Shown: piece after piece, positions 12,265 to 24,600 of the stretch
Position numbering within the stretch: the stretch's first letter is position 1
Layout: the number at the start of each line of letters is the position of its first letter
Origin: Podarcis bocagei
Lineage: Eukaryota
Assembly: GCA_964188305.1 (NCBI GenBank)
Contig: OZ076894.1
DNA: 64,000 bases
Strand: one strand, 5' to 3'
The notes under the pieces: model-generated
What the model was told of the DNA's origin: nothing
What the model saw: only the letters and a program-made list of their open reading frames with translations
Database searches by the model: none
Position numbers and translations under genes: made by a program

Positions 12265-12415
12265 TGGTACATAACGGAAGGTCCATTCCACTGCCTGTTC
12301 TGCCTTGGTTCCTGCCAGCGGAACCTATTTGTGTCCTGTTCAGGCCAGGAGAGACAGCCTGCACCACTCACATGCTTGTGGGTGATTCCCCCCGTCCCAG
12401 TGGTCCTGTTTATTA
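12265..12415 (-). pseudogene. Pseudogene exon: NKQDHWDGGNHPQACEWCRLSLLA*TGHK*VPLAGTKAEQAVEWTFRYVP
   Basis: Strong acceptor attgtttccctctccag, donor CCA|gtaatg. Phase 2-0, two stops. Confidence 0.6.
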
Positions 12416-12779
12416 CTGGAGAGGGAAACAATATTCCTCAAGTGATAATGAACATTTTTTGTGATACCCGTTAAGTCAATATTCTTTCATATTTTGAGAA
12501 GTATGAATTTTGAATTGTTAATTAGCTAAAACATGAACTTTGTGTGTGTGTGTGTGCTGCAAACTTTACAAATATTATTTCTTTTTTTTAAAAAGATGAT
12601 GCCTGGCTATTGTCCATACTTTAGCAAACCTCATTGAATACAATGAGTTTTACACCCAGGTAATTGTTTATAGGATTGCAGCTGAAACACTGGTGGGAAA
12701 CACTGTGTAGCCAAAATAAATGACGGTCATGTAAATTGTAAAGCCATTACAGAGACATCAAATTATTTTGTCATTTCCC

Positions 12780-13004
12780 CCACTTTTATACTGCCAAACT
12801 GAAATAATACCAATTTACCACAAATCTTGACAGCATCCCCCCCTTTATAAAAAGAAAGTAGAACAGAGCATGTACAGGATACTATGGATTTTGCAAGCGA
12901 GAACATTTTAAAACCCTTCCTTTCTTGCTTAACCCTTTCATCTGTGCCACCTCCCTGATTCCTCATGCATCAGGTCTTCCCGTCTTTTCATAGCAGCTGG
13001 GGTC
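12780..13004 (-). pseudogene. 5' coding exon remnant(s): MKRREDLMHEESGRW/AQMKG...GDAVKICGKLVLFQ
   Basis: Acceptor catccctgctttaaag ends at 13005, ATG at 12991, second acceptor ctttctttttataaag ends at 12843. Resembles the HAUS5 N-terminus. Internal boundaries uncertain. Confidence 0.5.
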
Positions 13005-14372
13005 CTTTAAAGCAGGGATGCAATTAAAAACAACCTACCCCCTTCTAGGGTGCTACTGAGTCACACAATTGAGCTGTGAGGAACAGAAATAACTTGGCTT
13101 TGAAGCACTGCCTGGAGGAGAACTACCAATGGCGCTTCAAAGCAAAAGACAGAAGCTTTACCCTGCAGTCCAGCTTTAGATGGTTCTTTAACTAAAGCCA
13201 GATAATTTAGTGAAAGGAACTTTTTTTTTTTTACTGTTATTTCTCCTTCTCTCATTTAATACAGGGGGGTTCGTTTTTGTTTTACTGTTTGTAAAATGGG
13301 GAAAGCTAGGCTGAGATTTCGTCGCTGAAAGCACTGCCTAACAGTGTCTCACAAAATGCCAACACAATAAGTTCTTCCTTGCTTCTTGTCCCACCATCAA
13401 TAGGTGGATTAAATTATTCCTTCTCATGTTTCTGAGATGTATTTTAAAAAGCTTGAAAATGCTCAACCTTTGCACTGCTCTATTTTCCCTCCCCATATCT
13501 TTTTAAATGGTATTTTAATATTACAACTGTTCGCCTTTTCGTAAATAAGAATAATAGCTACTCAGCTTTAATCACAATTTCCAGAGGTTAAGCATATCCT
13601 GCCTTTACAACTTTTTGTCTTCTAGATGCCTTAGTACTTAGTACTCTTTTGAAGCCTTGTTTCAATATGCTACATAGCACTCCAGTGAGGTAGTGCAATT
13701 AATGGGGATTCCTACTGGAGTGAGAAAAGGACTTAGAGGAAGTGAATGATATGCCTCATCTTCCTGTCTTGCCCTAGTGCCAGATTGTGTGTCTGCTAAA
13801 GATGGACAGATAAATCTATTTCCTCCATGTTAGTCTCCCATGTGTTTAATTATACATTCTTCCTTGTTTTTTGGATTATTTTTTAAATCACACATAATTT
13901 CTCTTGTTGGGTGTGTAGGTACATGAATTTCTGTGCATTTGATGAATGTGTGTGCTTATAATATAAAGTATACACCGTGCACTGTAGATGTATAGCTATA
14001 TAGAAATGGTTTATATGATTCCTGTGTTAAAACATATTGATACATCCCAAGTAGTTTATTTGGGCTTCTCTCACTGCAGCCTAATTCAAAAACTCATCTT
14101 AGTGGTGTGTGAAGAAAATAAAAATATATCAACAATGAAAAGTTAACACCTTAACTGCTGCATGAAGTGTCATTTTCCCCCTGTTTGAAGATGTCAGTGA
14201 AATTTTAAAATTAAAATTTAAAAGAGGGAAGTGGGCAGGAGTTGAAACCAAAAAGTTACATTGTTATGCTTCAGGAAGACGCACAGGCTATTATGGGATA
14301 CAGAAAAAATGTTACACATCTTGCTTTCTGTTCCTTTTAGCTCTCTCAAACACTTGGGATAGTTAAAACCAC

Positions 14373-14376
<4 letters not shown>

Positions 14377-14406
<30 letters not shown>
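14377..14406 (+). repeat. (CA)n microsatellite
   Basis: Direct reading. Confidence 0.95.
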
Positions 14407-14410
<4 letters not shown>

Positions 14411-14495
14411 AGATGTGCTTTACAATTATAACTACAAGTGTGGATTTGATAAACGTAATTGCCAATGAAGCTAGATGCACACATGCTTAGATGCC

Positions 14496-14639
14496 NNNNN
14501 NNNNNNNNNNNNNNNNNNNNNNNNNNNNNNNNNNNNNNNNNNNNNNNNNNNNNNNNNNNNNNNNNNNNNNNNNNNNNNNNNNNNNNNNNNNNNNNNNNNN
14601 NNNNNNNNNNNNNNNNNNNNNNNNNNNNNNNNNNNNNNN
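14496..14639. other. Assembly gap (144 N)
   Basis: Run of N. Confidence 1.
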
Positions 14640-16699
14640 TAGTGTAAAATTCCTAATATACTGCCTAACAAATTACACAGTGAGTTTTGTATGCCACAGG
14701 TATACATGTGGCACAATTTGTGGGGTTATATAAAATTTTGCTACCAGCCATGGCTGTCCCCTTTGGAGAAATATTTTTAAGTCATTCAGGTACTATAATT
14801 GCATTTTATAAGTATATAATAAGTTGCTATGCTGTGGTGGTTAAGAAATTAACTCAAGTGTGAAGTGAGTCTATCACTCTTTTCTTTATTAACAATACTT
14901 TTCTCAAATCCTTTTTTCCTACAAAAAGCAAAAATGCCCCATTGAAAAGAAAAGGCTAAAAGCTGATTCAAATACACATTTTGAAAAACATAATATCTTT
15001 ATATATTAAAAGGCCCACTTTAAATCCCACTGAAGTCAGTAACAAAAACCCCAATGAACTACAACCACGATCCTAGCACAATTAACATTGGCAATTCAGA
15101 AACATCCTATTCATCAATGTTTAAAGAAGACTTAAAGAAGTGAGTTCTTTTGTAAAAGGCTATTAATTTGAATTGTGCTTTATAAAACTTTGCTTGCTGA
15201 ACTGTTTTTGACCAACTTCCTTCATTATAACTGCATGACTGCTCCTTCTTATTGACAGTATATGACGAGACAGAATGCAAGCACATTTCAGCTAGCACCT
15301 TCTAATGCAGATATGCAAGATGAGATGTGAGTGAGACTGAGATTGATTTTACATGTGCTGCTTATGTTACTTTATAATTTCTGAACTAAAAGTGGTGGCA
15401 AAAGGACAATGACCTGACTTACAGATATAAATCAACGTCCGCTTTCAAAGCTTACTCGATTACAAAGTGGTATCTAATACAATGGACACAGACTCACAAA
15501 TAGTTCCTGCTCATTTAGAATTACAGTACTGCTGCTGATATTATTTATGTTACAGAATAGCAATTGTTTCCGGCAGTCCAACAAAATCTACTTTTGTCTT
15601 ATAAATTACGGAAAATGTCTTCTTGTGTCACTATGATACATATTACCGAACAACTGAGCGAAAGGAATCAAAGAGTCTATTAACATTCTCGAAGACTTCT
15701 AAAAGAAAGTATCTGTTCAGGTGACATTCTGGGGCACAATCTTTTTGAAAATTACTAAGATGTTAAAAATAGGTACAATATAGCAGTTAATGAGGATAAT
15801 GTGGGAAAAAATGGAAGAGAAAAAGAATACTTTGAAACAGGTAAAAAGCCTAAAATATTCTTGTCTGATCCACATGCAAATTAGCAACAGATTTGCCACA
15901 AAATGGTAAGATTTTAAAAGCTTTGATCCAGTTACCAACAGTTTTCAGAGAGTGTACTGTAGGGTTTTTACGTACATCGTTGGCTAAGACTCTAATCATC
16001 ATTTGGGTTCTCTGATCATGAGGCTACACAGTGAGGCAAATGGTAGAGAGTGGGGTGCTTTCCATGTTAGAAAAAGTGTTCTATCCTTTCAAGAGGAAAG
16101 AATTCCATGATCTGCTTAGGGCTCCCTGGTTGCTGAAGAACATAAGCACCGTGGGGTGAATCCAGAGTTGGAGTGGTGGCTTATGACTTAGAACCATGTA
16201 TTACCAAGTGAAAGCGAAATTATTCTGCTCCAACAAAGGAGTAGCTGTATTTTTTCTTAATAGCTGGTGAGTTTGATTGCTTCTTCCCCTAAAGCCTTTC
16301 TGTACTTAGCATTTATACTTGCTGTTTGATCTAACTTTTTAAAAATGTTACTTGGTAGCTGATTGCCTGCACCTTTGGTCACATGCCGCTGTTATTAGGA
16401 ACTGGATTTGGGGTTCTCCGTTCCACACTAATGGTGGGTTGTGCCCAAACTGGGAGAAATTCAGTGGCTGAAGGCACAGCCCTTACATACCCTTGTGTTT
16501 CTACAGCCAGTGAATATCAGAATTCCGAGCATGCTAATAGGGCTAGCCCTTTTATGGCTTAAAAATAAATAAATCATTTGCATCCTTATAGGCAAGCCAG
16601 GGTTTGAGGTTTAGCAGGCAGTCTACTCCACCCCCAGTATTCCCAAACCGCCTGGGTTTTTGGTTACAAAGCCCTGGCAACTGAGCAACATCTACCAGA

Positions 16700-17300
16700 G
16701 GTGGCTTGACTGGTTGGATCCAGAAAGTGGTTAGTATTTCATTGAATGAGGCAGAGGTCCCTGTTGCACTGAAAAAAATATGGTGGTGTAGCCAGCCCTG
16801 AACATGTTGGTTTGAAATAACTACTGACCAGTCACAAATATTTCCTTTTTAGGGGACATTGTAGAGTGGGTTGTGGAGGCACTGCAGGCATTCCGGGATA
16901 AAATGGATTATCAGATCCCATGCCAATTTGGGTTCAGCTTAGCTGTGGGACTGAATTGGCCTTGGTCACCCTGACAGATGATGTTTATCAAGAATGAGAC
17001 CAGGGCATGTGACCTTGCTCCTCCTCCTTGATCTCTCTGCAGCTTTTGATAGCACAGAAACTGTATTCTCCTGGAACAGCTCTGTGGTACAGGCTTTGGG
17101 TCCCTCCCTTCCTCCACAAAGCAGTGGGGCAAGGTGCCATCAGTTTGCTGATGACACCCTGCTCTCTTTTGCGGTAACATCCAAATCAAAAGAAGCCAAG
17201 GAGACGCCAAACCAGTGCCTGGATACTGTGGTGGGCTGAACAAGGAAGAGTAAACCAAACTTGAATGATAGCAATACAGAGGATCTATGGCTGAATGGTT
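16700..17300 (+). mobile_element. L2-clade LINE reverse transcriptase fragment (degenerate, internally deleted)
   Basis: DPCQFGF...GTELALVTLTDD...VTLLLLLDLSAAFD...CHQFADDTLLSF. Confidence 0.85.
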
Positions 17301-19199
17301 CTAATAACTTTATCACTTTTGTGTGAAGCAGCCCTACATTTCTGTTTGGATTTCACTGAATATAATAATTATGATACAGTATGAAGTTTCCGTGTGACTC
17401 TTTATCTAACTAACAAAAGTCTTATAGGGTCTTTCTTTCTTGCAATCTCATAAAAGCTTGAATCAAGCAGAGTGGAAAAGCACCCAGCATAGGGCAGGTA
17501 TTATAAAGAGAAGCAGCAAAAATATCTCTCTTATCATTTTATTTTGGAGGTATAGCATCAAAAGTGTGTAATTTAATTGCCACACTTATTTAGTCCTTGG
17601 CCTCCCTCCTGATATTGCCAACTAGAGTGATAATTAATGCTAGCTCTGTTGGTGTTCTGTGTGACATGAATTTGGGGAAGTGGATTGAGTCAGTCTACTC
17701 ATTTTGCATTAGTCATAGCACTACAGGACGTCACTCAAGGCCATAATCTAAACAGAATTCAGATGAATTTTGTTGCCTGCTGAGTTGTGAGTGACCAAAA
17801 GGTTAAAAGAATAAATGAGCAGAAGGTTGTGTGGTCATGAGAAGTGATCTCAGGGTTAGAAACAAAAAACTACTGAGACCAACTAACGACATTCTCACTG
17901 TGTATTGTCTGAAGCTGTACAAGTCACTTAGGGTATATTTTTCCTGTGATACTTGTAGACAGACACCAGTGTAATTAACAAATGAATAAAGAAGAGTGTG
18001 AGAGTCTCCACATTACAGCACAGGGATCTTAAGCAATTTTGCTTAATCACTCATACACTGAATGTTTTTGCAACTGATGGGAGAACTGCCTTTCTTGGAA
18101 CATAATGTGAAGTCACCACAATCACTAACTTAGAGCCTAATACTGTGTCATTTTACTTGTCCTCTTGTGGGTAATTCTGACAGAGAGGATAGGAGAATGA
18201 TTTCTCTCTACTTTTATACATTGGTGCCAAACTAGCTCTGGAAAAACAGAGGATATTCTTAAAGGAGAAAAGCAGATAATATTCTTAAAGGAGAAAGAGT
18301 GAGCTCAGAATATTGCACTCTATTCAGGAATCTTCTGCCTGAAACAATGCCTGTTAACAATGCTCTTCCTAGTCATTGACTGATCCTCTTGGTATTGACT
18401 TCACTCAAGTGTGTTCCATCATCTTGAAGTTGGAAGGCGTGATGTGAGTGACTTGTTTCTGGTGTATTTTAGAAGAGAATATAGCCCTTCTAAAATACAT
18501 CAGAAACAAGAATATAGCTCTTGGTTTGTATAGATACAGAAAGCTCATGGGCTGAGTCTTCCTAGGAGAACATGGGAAGTTGGAAAGGTGGTTTATCTTT
18601 TCTAAAGCTTATTAAGTCTTCAAAGATGCAATCCTAGCTAAACAATCTTTCTTTAAGAAAAGTCCAACTGCTAGTATATTACACTCCCCAGGTACATTTA
18701 AGCATGTGCAGCTTATCATTTGGGTTGAGTGTATGTAAAACCCAGTGATCAAACTATTATCACACATAAAGCATAAACCTCTGTGGAAATTGTGTGCCTT
18801 TTCTTATTCATTTTCTTATTCATTCAGAATAATGACTTCATATATTTGTCCTTTGCATAGGATCTTATCTTAATCATCTTCCTTGAAATTTTGAAAGGTA
18901 GGTTACTATTATTCCCTCTCTAAGGAAATCTGATAAGACACTGGCCTACCCTGTCATCCCATATGGCTGAAATGAGACTTAAATTCAAGTCTCCCAGGTT
19001 TATGTCCATCATTCCATTACTTATACAATTAATTATAAAGGGCAATGGAATGGCAAGGTATGCATAGTGCTAGAGAACATGAGATTTGTAATTGTTTCTT
19101 ACATGTTCTAACACTTTGATTTCTACAATGCTTTCTGTAATATTTGCCGTTAATTATGTTTGGATAAGATGTTATACTGTCATCATATAAACAATGGTG

Positions 19200-19229
19200 T
19201 GTGAGAGAGAGTGAGAGAGAGAGAGAGAA
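19200..19229 (+). repeat. (GA)n microsatellite
   Basis: Direct reading. Confidence 0.85.
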
Positions 19230-20314
19230 TAGATACCATCCATATCTGTGATGAGAAGTTTAGACAGTACCAAAATAAACTATCACATAAACTATCTTGC
19301 AGTAATTCTCAGGGTTGCTGCTGCTATCACCTGCCAACAGTCTAGTTGTAAAATTCTGTAAAAATGACTCCCCCTCTATTACTCATATCAAAAACTTCTT
19401 CAGGGAAACCTACAAAAATACAGCGTAAAGGTGTAATATACAATCCCACACTAACAGGGGGATGCACAAGATGACCTAATAAAGTTTTCCCTTTTTCATT
19501 CTCTAGAATTCCTATATTTGAAATTCTGAACAGGCCTTCAACTACATCAGGTTCCATTCTGCCCTTTGTTATTTTGGAAAGTTATCATACTTGTAGCACA
19601 CAGGTGGATCATGCTGTAATAACCCTAGGCTCTTCTGTAGCTGCTACAGTACATCAATATTTCAGAATTCATATGGGGATTACAGTAAACTATCAGTATT
19701 CCATACCAGCAGGCAGTACAATGGTCTTTTGTTATGTTTTGTTGTGTTGTGTTACTTACTAATAACAAATTTATCTAGAAGCAATGCTGACTCACTGCAA
19801 AGTAGACTTATTTCAGTAAGTGATTTAACTATACTATAAAAGACACATAAAATAAATTATTCCCTGTTACTGTAGAATAGACAGTGCACAACACAGCTGT
19901 GGATACTGGCAAAAAATAGGCAGCTGCTATTTACTGGGTTTTTACGTGCACAAATATTATTTGTTCGAGTGTAATGTGTATGTGACACTACAAAAGAGGA
20001 AAGCAAAATATATGGAATTCTTAAAGACACAAGATAAACCACAATGTGCATATGTCAACATCTTTCACCCCATGTATAACTTGGGCCTTGGAAACCTAGT
20101 GTGGAAGGGAAGGGAAGCAAACTCATTTATTTCAGTGAGACTTCCATGTTAAGAATTTTTAGGATCTCAACTATAATGTCAAATTTTTTCATATTCAACA
20201 CATTATGAAGCAATGATTTATAATGACATTTAAAAGTTAGATCTTTAAGCACTTTTGAATTTGGAACTTGGGTGCTGTTTACTTGAATGATTGCCTTACC
20301 CCATATTTACTCAC

Positions 20315-20672
20315 TTGACTGCTTTGATCTGTGGACCTGGCAATATTACAGCTCCCATGTAATAACTTTCTCTGTTATAAGAAACTGATGTTTTAGTGTG
20401 GCAGCACCTACACTTTGGAACTCCCTGCCTATTGAAATCAGGCAGGCACCTTCACCTTGACACCTGCTTAGAATATTTTCATTTAAGCAAGTCTATCCAA
20501 GCATGTAGAAGTTATGTGTGTTCTTATCTCTCTTTAATCATCTTTTGAATATATTTAAAATATATATTTTGCTGTTTTCATTAAGAATTTTAATGTTTTT
20601 ATATATTTTATATAAACTGCTTAAAAGTTTTCTTACAATCAAGTGGTATATAGTGTCAAATAAAATAAAAAT
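20315..20672 (+). mobile_element. L2-clade LINE 3' end
   Basis: FSVAAPTLWNSLPIEIRQAPS motif, T-rich 3' UTR, aagtggtatat...aaataaaataaaa tail. Confidence 0.75.
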
Positions 20673-21015
20673 ATTGCAGTTCTACATGAAGATCTATATT
20701 CAGATGCTATCCGCAAAAAAAATTCCACTTGCTTTTTGCCTACAAAGACACATTAACTTTATTCTCTACTAAATGCACGTATTAAGCACAGATAGTGATT
20801 AAAAGTAGCTATACCAGTCAATGCATGACTTAACCTCATTATAAGTGTGAGTGATTGGCAGCTATATAAAGTGGAATCTTTCGTTTCTCTTGCCATGTTC
20901 TATTTCTTTAAAAAAGTAATAATGATTGCACCTAAGAAGAATAGCAGATAATACTTTTATATGTAGCTTTTAAGTTTAAAATTAGCTAATAAAACAAGAG
21001 GTTTTAGAAGGAGGT

Positions 21016-21200
21016 TGGCGTTTCCGTGCGCTGCTCTGGTTTCGCCAGAAGCGGCTAAGTCATGCTGGCCACATGACCCGGAAAAACTGTCTGCGGACAA
21101 ACGTTGGCTCCCTCGGCCATTAAAGCAAGATGAGTTCCACAACCCCAGAGTCATTCACAACTGGACTTAACTGTCAGGGGTCCTTTACCTTCACCTTTTA
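21016..21200 (+). mobile_element. Sauria SINE, 5'-truncated
   Basis: ggcgtttccgtgcgctgctctgg...gtcatgctggccacatgacccggaa...gtcaggggtcctttaccttcaccttt; matches the 3' half of the 44985 copy. Confidence 0.9.
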
Positions 21201-21369
21201 GCAGAATCCTGTAACTATCACATCTCACAGGATTGGGGACATCATGAACCAGTGAAAAAATATGGTAGGGGGACAGACAACAGAAAATGATTTTGTATGA
21301 AAAAGTTGCAAGAGTTCTAAAGGCGACAAGAGAGAAATCATGAAATAGCGATATATCCAAGGCAAAATT

Positions 21370-21455
21370 TCCTGGAGAGCTGCTGCCCGCCAGTGTAGAG
21401 AACACTAATCTAAAGGGACCAATGGTTTGACTCAGTATAAGGCAGCTTCCTACAT
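21370..21455 (+). mobile_element. SINE/CR1-type 3' tail fragment (Squam2-like)
   Basis: cctggagagctgctgcc..cagtgtaga...ggaccaatggtttgactcagtataaggcagcttcctac. Confidence 0.65.
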
Positions 21456-21591
21456 TGCCATTACTGTTATCTTTGGGACTGCTGAGCATAGTTTGCGCAT
21501 TGGTAGTCCTATTCAGGCATTCACCTGAAAATATGTTGGGGGAGAAGTTGGGGAAACACATGTTTGCCTCACATCTCCTTCAGCTACAGCC

Positions 21592-21662
21592 TCATAGATT
21601 CATAGGTCTGTAGAACTGGAAGGGACCCTGAGGGTCATCTAATCCAATCCCTTGCAATGCAG
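21592..21662 (-). mobile_element. CR1 3' terminal fragment
   Basis: tcatagattcatag...ggaagggaccctgagggtcatctaatccaatcccttgcaatgca. Confidence 0.7.
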
Positions 21663-24600
21663 ACCTCCACACTGGGTGGAAGATATGAAGGGGGATCCTT
21701 TGTGCATTCAGATGAATGTGGTTAAAAGTCCTACCTGTGACTGGGAACCGTTATCACACTGGATCACCAGCCTCAGGGGTGCTTCTATGCACATTCTATC
21801 AAAAGTGCCTAGAACTCCCCTTCAAACTGTCCTGGTAAATGCAGGAATATCAATGAGTGGAGCTGGTGGTGCTGACATGCACTGAGATGTTGAGGGAAGG
21901 GTACGGCACATGCTTTATTCCCCTACATGTTATTTGAATGTCCATATGTGGCTAGTGACTCTGCTACTCTGCAGGATGAAAAGCTGGATGGTGCCTATAT
22001 TGAGCAAGTGGCTATGTGGTCCTGATCAATAAATCTAGTGGACTCATTAAGCTACAAATGATGCATCTAGATCAATCTTTCTGTCCTTGGAGTAGCTTTA
22101 TGAAAGGTTCAGTCACAGAACTCGAATTCTATACAAAAGCGCATTAATAAAAAAGGCACTCTTGCCCAGATTTTTTGCTTTTAATTTTATTTCTCCCCAT
22201 TTATACAGACCTTGACAAATACAAAAAGAAGAAATCATTACTGCTGGAATCAAGTGGCACTTGCATCCACAGTAAGGTGATAAAAAGTATTATTGCCATA
22301 ATTAAATTAAATAATTGTATAAGTTGGTTTTATAGATGAACATAGTGGAAGAATGGTGCTAAAATAAATGAGTGAGGGGAAAACACACAAGAGCAAAGCA
22401 GAAACTGTTCCTCCCCCCTCCCCAACATACACCTGATGGTGTGAGTGAATCAGGCTACTGGATTCAAGCCATGGAATCAATGCATAAAAAGCTGTCCATG
22501 CCTCATTATGTTTTCTGTGCATTTACAAAGGGACAAAATAGAAAATGTCCAAGCATGCAGGTACACAATACCTTCCCTGCTATTCGTAATTGCTACTTCA
22601 TCAGACTATTTTTCAGCAAGGGAGAAGGTATTCTTATAGTAGCAGCATGTCGCTTTCTGGCTGTCTCTTCAGGAAGTTGTGCAGGGAGGCTGGGTAATTC
22701 TTTTATATTAGAATGCCGCTGTTACAGTTGTCCTGGCATGTCTAGACAACTTTAGCTGCCAAGACAGCATTTCCACTCTTTTCAGACACTGCCTTGTAAA
22801 GATTTTGATGACATAATTATTATTAATAATAATGGAACATTTATAACAACAGTTCAAAATTGCAAATAGTGTTTTACCTGCCTCATGATTGCCGAGAAGG
22901 TATTGATGCAATATTGCAGATTTTAAAAGTTTTAAGTGAGTAGCAAGGTTGACTTAAATTGCTCTGACATTTAATAGAGGCTATTTTCTGGAGATTTTGG
23001 TATATGAATTGGCGTAGTCCAAAGTTTATTGTAGGGTGCAAAACCGCAGTTTCTTATTCATTTCTCTGTACATTGGATAGTATAAGAATGGGGTACTATG
23101 CATGAGAGTACACTGTGTCCAAATGAAGCATGGGCTGGATGTGCTGCTATGGCAGCTGGGATAGCAGCACACAGAGGACTCTGTACTGGAGATGTGCATG
23201 ATCACACAAAACATTCTACATCTTGTCTTGTCTCCTTGCTGGCGCTGCTTTAAGCAGGTTGCTTAATATTTTTGCATGGCTGAGCTTGTCCTTTTATATA
23301 AATTGTGATCGCATGCAAAACCATATGAATGTTGCAGGTCTACTACCTATTATCTATCTTTTGGAGATGAAGACCTTGCCAAAAAATGACACTCAGCATT
23401 ATTCACCACGTATGGCAATAAACATTGTTCCTGGGTGAACATGTACTAAATGTTTGTTTGGACTAACTGAGGAGCAACCCCCAGGCTGGGTACTTCTAAG
23501 TTTTAGGGAATTTTAAGAGACCCCACCTCCTGTATTCATTACGATGAACTTTCAGTTGTATAGAAGCAAACTACTTTTTTCTAAACATCTAAATAATCTT
23601 AAAGTAACAACAAAACAATATCACCATCAACAAAACAACAACAACAACGTTCTAACTATTGCAAACACTGCCACATGAAGTTTTCTCCTCAAAGTTGGTG
23701 ATTGTAAGTGAAGTCTCCAAACCATATTAACCTAATTGGTAGTAGTGCAAGATTTCCTCTTTTTCCTTCCAGTTCCAAATTAAACCCAAGAGAGCAGAGA
23801 TGGGTCTGCTATCAAGGTTCTTGTGAACTATCTATATGCAATTCTGTCTGGATTTTCAGACTGACAATTTCATTCCATGGCTCCTTCTGTGTTTTGTTTC
23901 TCCTGTTTTAATTATCACTTAAGTAAGTGAACTGAATGTACGCTTATCAACTCTTCATTTCCCATGTGGACCACACTATGGGGCATAAAACAGAATTTCC
24001 ATTTTATCTCTGTTGGCCTAAATGAGACATGTGTGAAAAAAGGATGGGCTACTTAATGCAACTGAGAATGATGTTGATATAGCACTGGCTCTAGGGGTTA
24101 GATTAGCGGGACAGAAGATAGAGTTTCTAGCCCAAAATTCACTGGTAATTTCCAAGGATTTAGTAGAAAGGTGCTGAGAGGATTAATAATATGAAAAACC
24201 AGACTGAAGATGTACACTTACGGTTCAAGGAAAACAAAACACTTTGGCACACACTGACATTTTGCAACAAAAATGTATTCCCTTTTAGACACGTACATAA
24301 CATAGCTTGGATTGTTTGTTTGTTTGTTTGTTGCAGATTGGCTAAACTATTCTACAATCACAATTGTATAATAGTGCAATCCTATGTTCAGGTTAGTCAT
24401 ATTGAGTTCAATGGAACTTACTTTCACCAGTTAAGTGACTTTAGGATTGCAAGTTAAGGATTACTTCTAAGTAGATAGAAAACACTTTATTTGCATCAGC
24501 CACTAGCCATAGCAATGTTCTGAGTATATATGTATAGCAGATATGCACTGTAAATATAATAATAATAATGCATAATAATGCATTAAATATATGCACAATA

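Larger units (their letters stand above)
1..13004 (-). pseudogene. Unprocessed multi-exon pseudogene encoding a coiled-coil protein, probably a divergent HAUS5-like (augmin subunit 5 family) gene; 3' end lies outside the window
   Basis: Chain of minus-strand exon remnants with AG/GT ends and mostly matching phases, carrying in-frame stops. Segments resemble HAUS5 in order (recalled human sequence): EESGRW/AQMKG ~ RELGCWAVEEMG; DAVKICGKLVLF ~ TVKKIRGNLLWY; RLSLLA ~ RALLLR; LPTL*KHL ~ LPSMVHLI; TEA*RLQDACKRK ~ DQSQELQDAAGHR; LELLRTQESQR ~ QELLQIQASQE. Exon structure is better supported than the family assignment. Confidence 0.75.

Noticed and set aside
1-13004. Assigning the symbol HAUS5 to the pseudogene
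   Set aside because: Similarity is weak and judged from memory; orthology cannot be shown without a search.
14459-14733. ORFs containing X runs
   Set aside because: Artefacts of the N gap.
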